Source of the DNA: Psilocybe cubensis
Lineage: Eukaryota
Length of the DNA: 64,000 bases
Direction of reading: 5' to 3'
NCBI GenBank assembly: GCA_017499595.2
Contig: CM039005.1
Location: 1,116,001-1,180,000 of the forward strand
Notes under the pieces: model-generated
What the model was told of the DNA's origin: nothing
The model's database searches: none
The model's input: only the letters and a program-made list of their open reading frames with translations
Shown here: positions 13,594 to 27,773 of the stretch, piece by piece
How positions within the stretch are numbered: the stretch's first letter is position 1
How the letters are laid out: each line of letters begins with the position of its first letter
Position numbers and translations under genes: made by a program

Positions 13594-14080
13594 TGTGTCG
13601 TGTTTGAGTGTCGTGGTAGTGTGTCGTGTTGGAGGGTGGTGGTGGTGGTTGAAGTTCATTCAATTCACTGTTCGGTTGTTATGTTGTTGATGACGATGAT
13701 TTTTCTTCGGTCTTGTTTGGTTTTGTGCATTTGTGCATGTTGTCTCTGTTTGTTTTTGTCGGCATTTGTTCGCCCCACCCCCCATCCCACCCCCACATCC
13801 CCCCCTCTGGCGCTCCACTCGTCTATCCGTTTTGGACATTTTGTTACCGGACTTGGTAATCACCCCCCCTGCCCCTGTGCCATGCCATACCATACCCCGC
13901 ATTTACCTCCGTCCCCTTCCCCCCGAGGCCTCATCCCATATCGTCATGCTTGTTTTATTGTACATAACTACCCTCATCCTCATCTTCTTTTGTTCGATTG
14001 CTCATTTCATTCAAGGTCTTTTTTTTCGTTTTCTGATTTTCTTTACCGCAATTCAACTCAGTTCAATCGATTCATTTTTG

Positions 14081-14112
<32 letters not shown>

Positions 14113-14295
14113 ACTTACTGTTACTGTAGTTTAAAAAATTTTACTCTGAAGACTGAAGTGCATATCATACGCGCGTACATTTAACATTATGCATATCATG
14201 TCTTATCTCTCTTTTTTTTGTGGAAAGTGTGACTTGGGTTTGACTTGATAAATCCTAGTCCTACTTCTAGTCTTATGCTCAAGAGTCATGCTAAG

Positions 14296-14329
<34 letters not shown>

Positions 14330-17300
14330 GCATCGAGCGATGTGGATGGGGATGATGGTGAGGAACAGCGCATAATCTTCCCGAATCCCCACCTCGGGAA
14401 CGGACGATACGATACGACACCGTTCTCGATTCTCAATTCTCGATTCTCGAACATTCGAGCCACTCCGCCCGCGCGTGATATCGACGATGTCGAGTCTCTG
14501 TGTCCGATGTCTCTTTTCCTCTTCGTTATCTCTTAGTCTTAGTCCAAATTTCTCTTCCTCTTCCTCTTCCATGCACTTTCTGATGATGATCATCATCATC
14601 GTATTCCAGCAAATACCTCTCATTGACTGACATTGACATTGGCCGCATCCCAATGCCAATGCTTTCAAACACCCACGGCTTCAAACTTGAAGTTCAAGGT
14701 CACGGCAGCTTTCACTGGATGGTTTAAATTTCGCTGAATGGCCCGGTATCCTATCCTTCAACTGAATCATCAATGCATCCATCACCTCAAGTTCGAACCC
14801 GCTCGTCCGCCCGCTCGGCCGAAGACTTGTTTTAAAAAAACCACCCGCCAAATTTGACCTTGACCTTGACTTTGACCGGAACCTTGAACTTTAAAATTTA
14901 ACCATTCTGATTCTGATATCATTCAAGTTCAAGTTCACAAGTTCAAGCTGCTGTTTATTGTTTCTTCCCACCCTCACCCTCACTTTCAAGGTTACTCTCA
15001 CTCGCACCTTTACTTTTACTTTTACTCCCACTCGCATTTTTACTTCCAAGTTTACTCCCACTCTCACTCTCGCTCTCACTCTCACACTCGCTCGCTCGCT
15101 GGATGAATCTAAAAATTAAAATTAAAATTAAAATTAAAATCCCCGGGCCCGTCCCATGCATGTTCAATCGGTATTCCCAGATTCTCAGATTCTCACCTTC
15201 CCGTTCACGCTCACGAAAAGTTCACATTCATGAAATGCTCACGCTGTTAAGTCAGGTTAACTCGCTCTATTCCCGTTCCCGGCGCTCTGTTTGTATTCTA
15301 TCCTGTTCTATCCTTTCCTATCCTGTTCTATCCTGTTCTATTCTATGCTATTCTATTCTGTTCTGTTTCTGCTGTCTCATCTCACCTCATCTCATATCCT
15401 CAGAAATACCCGGAGTCGAAAAACGATCCAACATTAACATCAACATGAACATGGATATGAACGCAACTTTTACCTTCAACTTCGACTTCAGCTTCACATG
15501 GACCGACCGCTCAAATACTTACCATTCGTGTTCACACGCATGCCTTGAACTCGTACCTCACTCACTCACATCTCGCATCTCACACGTTCATTCAGAAGCC
15601 CGAACTTGAACTTGAACTTGAACTCGAACTCGAACTCGAACTCGAAAACTCATTTCAACTTCAGGAATACCTTTAACCCAAAACCAAAACCAAAACCAAA
15701 GGTTTCAAGTTGAAGCCGCAACCACAACAATGACCCGGCCGGCGTGCACAGAAGTTCTCCAGTTCTTCTCCAATTCAACATCCATCTTGAATTGAAAGTT
15801 TTTAAACAACGATAACGATGACTTCGGGTGTTGACGTCGATCCACAATCCAGATGATGGACAATCCTCCATGATTGCTCCTGCGTTTCTCCGCGCGTGGG
15901 TTCATGGTTCCTTGCGAATTCGAATTCCAACTCACTCCCACACCCACTCTCACGCGCACCTTCGCGCGTTCGCGTTCGCGTTTCCCAGTGTACACCAGTA
16001 CATCCGAGCTCGCATTCGCGAATTGTTCGCGCGTTCGAAAATTCGACGATTCGACGTTCGAATTCAAAGTAATTACCTCGGAATGCGTGTTATAGTTCGT
16101 CGGGATCATTGAATATACGCATCGCATTCTCACCTCTCACCCACTTGCCTTCTATTCGCATCTACCACCTACCGCATCACGCGTCCCGAGGGCCGCGTTG
16201 CACACCAACACCAACACACCAACATGGTACGCTGCGGGTGCGGGTGTGGGCGGCGGGTTCGGGGGATACGCCTAGTACGCATTCGCTCATCATTCGTTAT
16301 AACATTATATTAGCACGACGTTTCGAAAACCCAAGCGTGGTCTGTCTATTGGCCGCCGGGTGGGTGGGAGGGAGAGGAGAGGACGGGCACACCACACCAC
16401 ACCACACCACACCACACCACACCACAAGCCTTCTTCCCAGCTTCCCAGCTACACCTACCCCTGCGCCTGCGTACGAACTCACCCGCGCATGGGTCGGTGA
16501 TCTTAATTTACTCTAACTTAATTTAATTTTAATTTTAATTTCCAGCATTAGTCCAGGGGATGACTCTATGAGATGAGATGAAATGAGGGGGGTGGGGGGC
16601 CGGCGTGCTAAAAATCAACACTTGCAGGAAACTCTGACTATCGTCATGTACACATGGCATGGTACCATGGCCTATTTTCGAAATTGGACCAATGGCACGC
16701 GGCCGACTAGAATCATGACCATGACCAGGACCAGGACCAGGATGAGAAGCCACGACGAGAATCAGGACCAGGTTCAGCGGGTGGTTGCTTCCAACTTTGC
16801 CGCTGCCGCTGCCGCCGTTGCTGCTTCCAGTCATATCACTGCCGCCGTCATACTGGGCCTGGGGTACCTGTACCGATACAACACCTATATATAATCCTAC
16901 AACCCGTCAAAGACCTTGTTGCCGCTACGATTCAATTCGCTAGTTAATTTAGGTCTGTCTGACTTGTTATTTCAACCTTTTTTTTGGGTTTGATAAGGTG
17001 CGCTAGGAATAGATTCTGCTCAGGGGATCGCCCAAAAACGCAGCGGCGGTGCTGGCCTGCCATTATAATACCTGCCTGCCTGCCTGTGGCGGCGGCATTT
17101 CGAAGTGTCGAAGTGTCAATGATATTGAGCTTGATGGATGGATCCATCGGTGATGGGTGAGCCATTTCGAGTGTTTTTCATTTCGTTTGTGCTATCTATG
17201 TAACGAGTCCTGTGGCTATATACAGAGATAGGATCATAGAGACTGATGCGGAGGATGAATGTTTAGCAATGCCAGTTCGATGGCAGCCCACAGGATTCCG

Positions 17301-17574
17301 GTCTTACACTTTGTGTCCTTGTTCTCTTTGCGTTCTCCGTTCAACCTCGTCCGATGTACCTTGGACCCAGGATGAAACGAATGCGAGTGCAATGTAAATG
17401 CAAATGCGACTCCGAGTCCGAGTCCAAGTCGGAATCCGAGTCGGAGCTGGCGGGACGATGCATTTGTACAAATTTACCATCCGCAAAAAAATTGTTAAAC
17501 GCAATGTCAACTCTGCCCGCTGGCCCACCGTACCGCTTCTCCCTGTGGCTTGTCTTTGTACTGGACCGCCGGTC

Positions 17575-18929
17575 CTATCCATCCATCCCCATCCCGGCGA
17601 GCTGCCCCTGCTCCGTGCCTATTCTCAGAAAAGTCTGAAGGGCATAATACTGTACCTCACATTGCCTTTGGTGCACGAACATGGATCGGACCCTGCTCTC
17701 CCAGTGCTCCTGCCAGTGGTGCCCTCCCAGTTCCATTTGTCCTATAGGCACAACCTCAGCAGTCAATCCATTTGACATGCAAGCACTGGCACAAGATGTA
17801 CACTTGCAGGATAGCATAATCCCCACACACAGACGTCTCTGCCTGTATCTTTGTCTTATCACCACCGAAGTCCCAGGGATATGCTTATGCTTGCTCTCCT
17901 CCGACCCGTATACCGGGGCGTTGTTCCGTTTTGCCTGTGTTGGGGCCCTTGAGCTCGAGCGTTCCCTGAATCTTACGCCACAACATGACTGTGGATTCAG
18001 AAGGTGCAAAAGGTACTGGTTTGGATAGAGAACTCACCGGGCATTCACCCTGGGTATAAGCTGGGCAGTCGCAGGCTCGTCAATCGTCACAGCTCAATAT
18101 GCAGTGGAAGCGAAAAACTTAACAGCTCCAACCCACTACCAAGTCTTTTCACTCCTTTTATCAACGCTTCTAGGCTGTCTTTCTCCTAGGCTTCAAGATC
18201 TCTGGCTTTAATTTGCCACTACTATTTGTCGCCTGGTGTAAGAAAAAGAACTTGCGAAGACGAAGCTTACCTTTGCGGCTTGGCAGTGACCATACTCGAC
18301 AAGGGTCACCGTTTCTCCCGCTCGAATAACATCAGCCACTACGATCTCTGTCGTCACCCTCTTTTCTGTGTACATATTTTGTATTGGGTCCCCAAGTTCA
18401 TTTTTAATTTCGGCAGTCAAAAGATACAATGCATCCCCGTGGGACCATTGTCCTCGGCATGCCCAATCTCGTTTTATTTTTGGGCGAGCGCTAGCTCTGG
18501 TTAGTTGGTGATAGTGCTTCGCATTGAGCACGAGTAAACCCTTACCGGCAGTGTGGAGGGTGTGCACTGATCGTGCATGTGGATCTTGATATTATGATAG
18601 TCGCGTCTTTTGCAGTGGTTCTTCCAGGGTCGCGTACGCCATTTCACGCGACAAGAGTGGGATTGCAGACGCTCGGGTAATTGGAAGAAGCATGTCCCAA
18701 GCTAGGTGGGCTATTTTGGGGTGGAGCTACAGCCTACAACGGATACGCGTTGGGCTGTATCCGAGGGCTCAGATAAGTCACGGTGCGCAGAGCAAGTGCT
18801 GTTCACACGTCCCAGTGCAATGGCATCGACATTGTGCCAGTCAGTCTGGGGCGCTGTCAAAGGCGCTGCTTCTCCCACCTCCGAAGGTCGACGAGGTTTT
18901 AATTTCGGGATTGAAAAAGCCTTCGACAT
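17575..18929 (-). pseudogene. Possible degenerate gene remnant of unknown family
   Basis: A chain of minus-strand ORF pieces with splice-like joins (QAAK|gtaagc ... tag|EKDSLEALIKG) broken by in-frame stops. No family recognised. Confidence 0.25.
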
Positions 18930-21900
18930 GTTGCGTCCCTTAATGATGATATTAAATCCATGCCCAATCCCTTCGACTTCTTGATATCCATCCCTCAAGC
19001 TCACGTTTTTGTCGTTCTTTTGTTATTTTCTTCACTTTATAAATTTAGAGACGCTGTCGCGTATATCAATACAGTCAAAAAAAGAGAATAAAAACACGGT
19101 AATCGGCACGTCAACAAATTTCAATTCGTCATAGGAAAGGCCCGCGCCGGCTCGACCACGTTCCTCCGTCCAGCTCGAAGTCTCGTCATCCAGGACCCAA
19201 GGAAGAGTCCAGGATGTATGTAATTCGAATCACAAGGGGGAAGCAGACAGATTCCCTTGCATCTAGCAGGGGCACTACCCGGCCGTTCCCCTGGTCGGCG
19301 TCCCAATTGAAGATACCATGCGAATGAGATGTTGCCGCTGCTTCCTCAGGCTGTCGGAGCCATCCCGAGTCGGGGTGCGATCACGCGACGTATGTGGCGT
19401 GCGCGGTGTTAACTTTGCTTTTTTTTCTATACAACAAATTTTTGACCCATTGGCGTTTGAGCTCTATGGGAGTGGAAAAACCTTCGCGTTAATTCCGCAT
19501 TATGTGATGAGGAGGCCACCGGGTTGCACTGCTACGTCTTTAAGTTTTCTTCTCCTGCTTCTTCATCCCTCCCTTAAAAGGTGGTATGACATACACATTT
19601 TCCCTAGGGTGCTAAAAGCCACGCGTTTTTATTCCTATTAAATTCCGGGGTTTTGGAGGTAAGTAGGGTCGCTCTTCTAGAATCTTACAGTCGCGTAACT
19701 AATAAGAACTTAATTCTCGGCTCTTTGTAAAAAACGCACGCGACGCGTGCGGATGCAAGCCAGTGGCGGTATCCGGCAAGTAAACAGACAATGTTTATTT
19801 AATGTGCCTAGCAAGCTAGACTGCATTCTGCTTTTTGATTTTTTTTTTTCGATCAAAAACGTGCGTTGAATACGTACTTACTGATAAGTAGCAAAACACG
19901 ATCATACCCTTAGAGAGGAATGGTATGTTACGCTACGATAGCACATATCGCCTATCCACCTATGAGCCACGAGTTTTCTTCATTTATTTACCCAGGTAGA
20001 TAGATAGGTCGCCTTCAACCACTAGCAACTGATAACCGGGAAGTATATTGCCTCTTTCGCCCCTCTGCTGATTTTCAGGACAGGAAACTTGCTCCTTCGG
20101 GGAATTTCCCCTTTTTTTAACTTCTCAATCAGTTTCTCAGATGATCAAATTCGAAGGGGTCGTGGTAGCGTTCACGGCTATGGCCATGCCCCAACCATGC
20201 AAAGCAACCTACACAGCATGCCATAAATTCTGCTTCCCAGCTTCGACATCATGACCATCAATGATATCTTTGTACACGTACGTCGACATCGCGCGAAAAA
20301 CGGGAGCAGTGGCGAAAAACTCTAACGATTCGCACCAGGACTTTTTCAACCGACTCCACAGCTCGTTGAATAGTATGGGTTCTGATTGTCAATTAGTCGG
20401 ACTTGGCGGACGGGTCTAAAGCTTACTCGCGGCCGCTCCAGTCCATTGATCAATAATCTGCTGCGAGGCTGGGAATTGCCTGCAGGCAGGTAATGGATCT
20501 CATCTCATCGCATTTCTCATTATTTCCATCTAGGCTTTACATAAACCCTACTTATGACGGCTCGTTAACGGTCCGCCTTGGCAGCTGATCGATTCCTCCT
20601 CCAAAACTCCCCAGTAATTAACGTAAATCAACGAAAGGAGACGTACCTGTAGCCCGTGGATTAAACGAATAACTGCGGTTACCGCTAAATGCCGTGAAGC
20701 TTTGACGCCTCGAGCTCGTTTGCGCTGTGAACGGTCAGGAGGTACCGTCTCCCCACCTAATGGACAATACATCCTGAATCGTGGCTTCGTATTATGTACT
20801 TCGTCGCGGTTAAAGGCCGATGTTGCTTATGGCGCACGGTCGCACGCGCGGCTGATTGAGCAGAGAAGCGGGAGAGGTGGACTGATCTGACCTTGTCTGG
20901 ACTTATTATCCTGACAGGTCGGATCGCCGGCGTCTATATACCATCAACCTAATTAAAGAGGCGCCCTGCCTGACGGCATCACGCGCCCGGAGGACGCATC
21001 GTTCATATACGTACAGCGTGCACAGAGTCGTTCTCGTTGCTTGCTGAGAGAGAGATAGAAGCTCTCGGAGGCCTTTTCCAGTTGGCTTGATACCCCGCAT
21101 CCCCACATGGGCTCTAGACCTCTGGCTAATGCCACCATATTAGTCATCACCCCGCAAAATGGGCCTCGTTGCGTATCGCTCGCATCGCCCGATCCTGCGG
21201 ATTCGACAAAGGGAGCGAAATACAGGACCCGATCCCGGAGGCCGTATCCCGATTTCCCAAGAATCACAATTAGGGGAACATATCTGTGCCGGTACGCGGA
21301 GTGAAAAGATGTATGCCGGCTGGGTGGACTTTGGGTAATAACTTATTCACAATCCTAACAGTTAAACAAAGTATACTGAGGAAGTAAGAGCCGCGCAGTC
21401 ACAAGATAATAAGTCCCTTTGAGTCCCGACAGCAATTTAGATCTTGTATCCAAGTTAGCTTCAATATGCTTCCAACAATTTTTGGCGATTTCTAATTTCA
21501 GATAGAGAATCTGTACCCTAAAATCTGTATTTTGGAGTTATGAAATGTTATGAAATTGCGTGAAATCTCGATGTGCATCAATCTATGTTTTCCTAGTTCC
21601 GTGCTACCTTACTGTTTACAACACGATGAAGTTATGAATGCTCAGTTACCCTATGACCTTTCTCGACGCACTATTCAAGATGCTTAAACATTTAAATAGT
21701 TCCTGAATCCTGACCCTGCTTTATCATCAAAGGATAGCTCGTCGGCGTCAGGTGGTGTGGAATTTAGCGCTATGTACACAACAAACGACGGGACCTCTAC
21801 TCTTTTAGTCCTGAACTATTAATCACATTAATCTATGCTCTTACATCAGTGTTGAAAAGCCTTGAGATAACCGGTGTCCGTACAAACTGATTGCCGAGAT

Positions 21901-24697
21901 TTCGGGCTTATTTTTGAGAAAATATCAGTAGACCTGATGAACTTGGAGGAAAGATAAATCAGCCTGATAGGAAACCGTTATCACAAAACGGCAAACCGTA
22001 TTCGCGAGGAGACGCTGTAATGACGATGCTCAGGCAGTCTCATATTGTGCGCCTCAGTGCAACCTATTTTACCAACATTAAATCAATGACACCAAAAAGG
22101 GTGTAAGTGAGTAAATATATTCATTAATGCGTGTTCTGCCTTTGTGGTAGTCATCCTAACAGTTATTTACTATGTGCAATTACTCTATCACAGGATTTAC
22201 TTGATGCGCATTGCAGATCGTAGCTCAAATGCTGAAGGCGTCCGAAGCCGTACGCAACGCACATACGCACATTCGGCCCGAAGTATACTTCTTCCGCACT
22301 GTGAAATCCAGGGTCCTATTAGAATATATGGAATACATCAATTATGCTTAAGAACCTGATATATGCCACTTCGTTCAAAGATAACTTATATACCCAGTGT
22401 GATACTGATAACTGAGGCGTTGCAGCATTATCATCAATGTAAACGGGCGGCGTTTGGTCCGACTTCCGAGCAGTCAGGGTTAGTCAAGTAAAACTTGTGG
22501 GTAAAAAAGGTTCTGCGTCACATCGACGCAATATCCTGGAACAGAATAATGTCGCTGTTTGTTACTGGCCTGCAAGGTCTCTGCATTGCTCAACACTGAT
22601 TACCATCACACAATATATTGATTGGAATGAACGCGGAAACGGCAGCCGACATCTTCAAAGTTCAAGACTGTCTTTGAGCAGCGCTTTGACATGGTCGGAA
22701 AATACTTTTTAGTCAAGCAAACTTGCAGTTGTGAGGCCAGCCAAAGCAAGTTAACTTGTCCATTTGAACTATTTCTGAATTGGCGACAAATGATTTCGCT
22801 GCCCAAGGCTATCGTGTGTAGGCTATGTGCTTCACAATTCCCACGTTTGCTACTGTCATTGGCGATTGGGTTTCAAAGAACGATAAACACGGCCTTTTGG
22901 CACCAAACTCACGAGGTATGATAACAAATGATAAGGTTTTGTTCACGGGCCTTCTTTTTTTGAGAGAGAGGACATCAACCGGATAGGCGGAATAGGTTGT
23001 AAATATTCAATTTACTGTAACAGTTATTTTTTCTCATGTTCTGGTGCCAGAACCAAACCCAACTAGCATTGGGGGGATTTGTATGACTTCTTTCTTTCTT
23101 GATATTTTTAATGGCTGTTCAGTCAAGACCTACTTCACAGTTAAAACGTTTACATACCTAAGGACATTTTACTGAGATAACACCTGCAATTTTGTTGCAC
23201 AGGCCGCGTAGACGTAACGGCAAAAGGCAACTCACAAATTTCCTAAAATATCACACTGTTCTATATATATATATATATACATATGGTAAACGCCGAGGTA
23301 GGTTCAATGTGGCGCACTGTCCCGCGGCTCAAACGGGTACCGTACTACGACTATCATTGACTGCGCCTCTACAGAAATTACTTTAATCACTCGGTGCCAG
23401 ATAATCGGATGTCTACATTGGCTCCGCGTAAAGTGTCTATGATTTCACAGAAACTCATACTATTGCCGTGTCTCAACAATAATTTACAGAACAGAGTCTA
23501 GAAATCTAGCGCAATGGATACGGACTTGTTATGAAGAATATAAAGTAATGGTGAGAAGGTAAATGAGCATGTGCAAATTACCAGTAAGAAAAACCAAATT
23601 ATAGGAAATATTCTCAGTGGTGTTCCTGCGTGAAGCAAATTGAATGAATCGATAAAATTGTATTGGCAATTTTGTCAAGAAAATAACATATTGCGATTCC
23701 TCCGAGAAGTCACCGTAGAAGCGTCAGTCAAAGAATTATAAAAAATGCCTGAGTACCGGGTGACTCTGATTTTTGTGGCGTCGGCATGGGGAAATTATTA
23801 CAAGACATCTGCAAAATCGAGCGCACACTGCGCAGTAATTAGTATTTGCTTTCCTCTGTCCATTGTCAAAGGGTCACAGTTAGACATATTTTGAATAAGT
23901 AAGTTTGCACTAAGCATGACAGAAGGTCTAATAGAGAATCAAAATCAACTCATTTTCTCTCAAGATGGGAGGTTGCAGATAGCTCATTTCCTTAGATAGA
24001 GTCCCCTCCCACACTATATTTGCTCCGTTTTTCTACTGACCACAACCTTATAATAACTAAACTGTCAACAGGTAGTCACCAACTTGACACAACCTTTTTC
24101 CGTGATCTCCCTAGATCTCCCTTGTCTATGAAACTAAATATGAGTGAGAACCTGTGAGAACATCGATAACATGTCATGTAACGTTTATCTTTGCTTTGGT
24201 ATCGTTTGATATGTTCAGATAAGAAACACGCTGATACTGATTTATACTGATTCATTACTCATACGTATGAATGAAACTGACGTCAAATCAACCGAGCCAG
24301 CTTGACAAGAAATTTCTCAAGGCATAGTGAAGGTTGGGCGCCAAACAAAAATTGAGCGTGACGATGCAGCGATATCTAATGGATTTAATTGAAATGCCTG
24401 GCACAATGGCATGATGTGGACGGGCGCAGCAATACCATGTCAGGTGTCAAACATGTAAGCTGCATGATGGGCAGACGTATGATCTCATTGTGACTGTAAA
24501 TTCAGATAGAATTTGGACCAGGTATTCAACGTATTTCTTTCTATAGATAACATCACTTCAAAGCGTAGTATGATTAATGACCATGAGTCAATGTGCAATT
24601 TTCGTGCATCAAAGGCGGTTATACTATCATCATGCCTGTGTGTTCTTAAAGAAAAAATAGCAATTTCGCCCATAGAAATATGGCCAGTGCGTATCGC

Positions 24698-27600
24698 TCA
24701 CGCCAATAAACGCTTTGAAACTTCCTCCCATATGGCAACTGGATTGTTTGTACTAGCAAAGCGTAAAAAAATAGATAAGCACTAGATCATGTATAGCGAC
24801 AAAAATAAAACCAGAAATCGGATGAACTTACAGGTTCGCAGTAAGAGGCAAGTTAAAGTCTGCCGGGTGATCTTGCCATTCTGTGATAAATATGAATGAG
24901 ATTGTGGTAATTAAAATAACAGTTCATCTGCCAATTTTCCATCATAACTGCCACGCCACCAAATAGAAGACTGTCGATGAAATTTTTGCTCACAACATAC
25001 CTGCTGGTTCCGTAGGTTTATCAACGCCGTAGGCAAGTCTCCAAGTGATCCCAAGATATCCATTGACCATGCTGGAGGAAATTAGTCAGCCAAATCATTG
25101 AAAGATAGATTTTTCGAAAGAGAATGATGATAGATATCAAGGGACATGTTTCGCCCCTGTGGTCCGCTCAAGTACATTGGGAAAGAAGGTGGATGTTGGT
25201 AAGAGCACAGGAAGACTTACAGATCTGGTGGCGCCAATGTGTTATTTTTTAAGCCAGTGGTCTAGAATATAAGAAACCTTTACTCAAAGTGTCGTATTCT
25301 GAAAGACATGAGGAATACCTTAATCTCTGTGTCGATTGTTGTGAAAGAAGTTGATTGTCCCCCTATAGTACCGCAATACTGCTGCTTCACGTCCTTTTTA
25401 CCACCTATCACAACGGTTCTAGAACCTTCAAGCTTTTGCATTGCAATCTATCAGAAAACCCAGCGTTAAATGTCAATTTGGTCTTCACAAAGGACCATGT
25501 CCTTACACTGAACAGTGAACAGGAACTAGCACATCTAAATCGAGTGTCAGATGGGCTCCAATGAAGGAAATTTTGATACTTGATCACCTGGCATTGGATA
25601 CAATTACTACTTTCTTGGGATCAAATAGCGCTTCTACAGGAGGATTTGATGGGAAGCCTTCTGGTTGACATTCTTGACCCAGCCTGGAGAGTTATAAGAC
25701 CTTGAAAAATTCTACATTAACGTAACATATGTACCTTTGCGAGAAGGCATCTTTTCGCCCATTGATGATTACAGGAATAGGAGGCTGTAGCCAATCATGT
25801 GTCTCGGCGAAAAAGTTATTACTTGCGTCTCTCCATTGAGTTGGATTATATAGAAGTCGGTCCGCAGGATCACGATCCTCGTATATGATCTTCTTGACAA
25901 TGAGTTGAGCGAGAGCACCATTTCGTGTCGTCGTATCTAGACCAGCTTGAGGAACAGTAGTAGATTTTGGCCCAGCGATCTGGATAGACACTAAATGTCA
26001 AGAACAGTCCCACAGATTCAAAATGGCGCTTACAATACGATGCAGCCACTGGAAGTATACTAGCAATCAACAAAACCCAAAACAATACCATAGTTGAATG
26101 ATACGCACGTGTGCAGCACAGATATACCCGCCTCCATTGTTCGTCTGTAGATATTTTATGCTTAGTCTTGAAATGTTCAGACAACGCGCATTTATCTAAA
26201 CTTACGACATCAACGATAAGTTGTGTTGCCCCCAACGACTTCAATTCCAGCAATCCCTTCAATAAGTTATTCATAAATCCATAGTAATCCGCATCGGAGA
26301 AGCTTCCAAGAGCCAAAATTCCAGTCTTCTTGTCCTGCAATAGATAAAATTGTGCAGCATTGTAGCTTCCATCGACCGGCGAGAGAATTGGTACAAGGGT
26401 AGGAGGTAAAATGACATTCGAAAAAGGAGATTCATCTATCAATTGGTTGACGTAGCGGCTCGGTGTTCTCGATTGGGTCCTAACGGTGTCGGAGTAGATA
26501 TCCTGACCATTGGTGGTCGACTTTGCTTTGCAGTTTACTGATCTCCAACCTGAAGTATCCCCAAAGGCATCGACAGCTCTCTTGCTGCGATACGGTAACT
26601 GATAGAGAAATTATATTAGAATGAGAATATCCTAGAAAGGCAATATCCTTTTGCTATCTCACCAGAAAGGTATCGGGAATGGTGCGGTTTACCCTTTGAA
26701 CAGTCAAAAGAACACTGTCGGACAAGGGAAGCGACTGTTGGGCAAAATTTCCCATCAAGTAGGTCCAGCCGCCAGCCACCCGTCTGTAACTAGAAAAAAA
26801 TCTGCACAACTATATGTTAATGACGACTTTAAGGGTCGCTGTAATGCGACTTGCCCATTTTGCCTAGCTCCAAGCGCTTGATAGCTTCCAGCAATGGCAG
26901 CATTGGCGTTAACAGCCGCGAAGGGGGGAAGGGCATTAATAAGCAGGACTTTGGCACCAGAAAGCTATCATTGATTTTTGAATAAGAATAGAATCGGGAT
27001 AATAAGAACAAGAACAAATACCGATGAGAGTTTTCCTTTCAGGGTTCCTGGCAACGCATTTTGCCAATACTCAATATCTGCACCAAATTCAGCAGAAGCA
27101 ACGGTGAAGGCCTCAGGGGCAATGTAAACATCTTGATTCCCTTTTTCGTCGGTCAAAAGAGCCAGAGGAATTGGTAGGTAGTTTGTGTAAAGCCCTTCAA
27201 CATGGTGTCAATAGAAGGATTGGAAGGCATGGGTTCATCGCTTAAAGCATACCATCCTTGCGAATTAATACTTTTAGTACGCTCATACACGAAGACAATA
27301 ATGTTGACCTACATAGCAATAGTTAACCCAACTGCAGTGACCATCATTTAGACGCTTGAGGCTGCGGAAAATGTCAACATGGAGGTCGTAGTCGGAAGAG
27401 TACTTCTGTTGTTTGATTCGATTCAAATCAAGGAGAATATCCTCGTGAACTTCGGAAGTGAACGGTTGGGGTGCTTTAATTTGATAGTTGGTGGAAGTAT
27501 GAAATTCTAATGTCTTCGTGATGACTTCGAGAATCTTCGGTGAGGATTGATTAGCTTTCAGAACATGCACCATAAAGTAAGCAAGCGTACATTCGCCTTC

Positions 27601-27773
27601 TCTGTTTCATTGACTTTGACCGAACTAAAGCATGCTCGCACTTCCTGAGGTGTGGACCAAATCCTCTGGCCTATAGCGCAAGGGTCGGGGGCTCTGGAAG
27701 CGACATCTGTAGCGATAATGACCACATAAGTTAGGGAGACGAGCAAAGAACTGAAAGCCTTAGAGAAGCCCAT
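24698..27773 (-). CDS. Secreted fungal peptidase S41-family (tail-specific protease-like) protein, multi-exon
   Basis: Signal peptide MGFSKAFSSLLVSLTYVVIIA followed by DPCA. Motifs: LNDGHC, TGILALGSF, LIVDV|TNNGGGYIC, RCASSCSLF (putative catalytic Ser region), GGQS. C-terminus NPVAIWEEVSKRLLA-stop at 24698. Confidence 0.88.

Larger units (their letters stand above)
4100..17600. repeat. Microsatellite/low-complexity-saturated island (boundaries approximate)
   Basis: Dense and varied short tandem repeats in introns and intergenic DNA: (gat)n, (ga)n, (ca)n, (gtt/gtg)n, (atccc)n, (gatac)n, (tagt)n, (aacatcg)n, (aaaatt)n, (gaactc)n, (cacac)n and long A-tracts. These are largely absent from the rest of the window. 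Confidence 0.85.

Noticed and set aside
14690-14820. tRNA-like GTTCGAACCC
   Set aside because: No cloverleaf stems or A-box. It sits within repeat-rich DNA.
13600-17500. ORFs of 100-168 aa downstream of the MDR gene
   Set aside because: Low-complexity microsatellite translations with no coding signature.
19000-24500. Gene-poor 5.5-kb interval as a possible TE relic or ncRNA locus
   Set aside because: No TIR/LTR pair, transposase or RT motif, or RNA-gene structure was detectable by eye.
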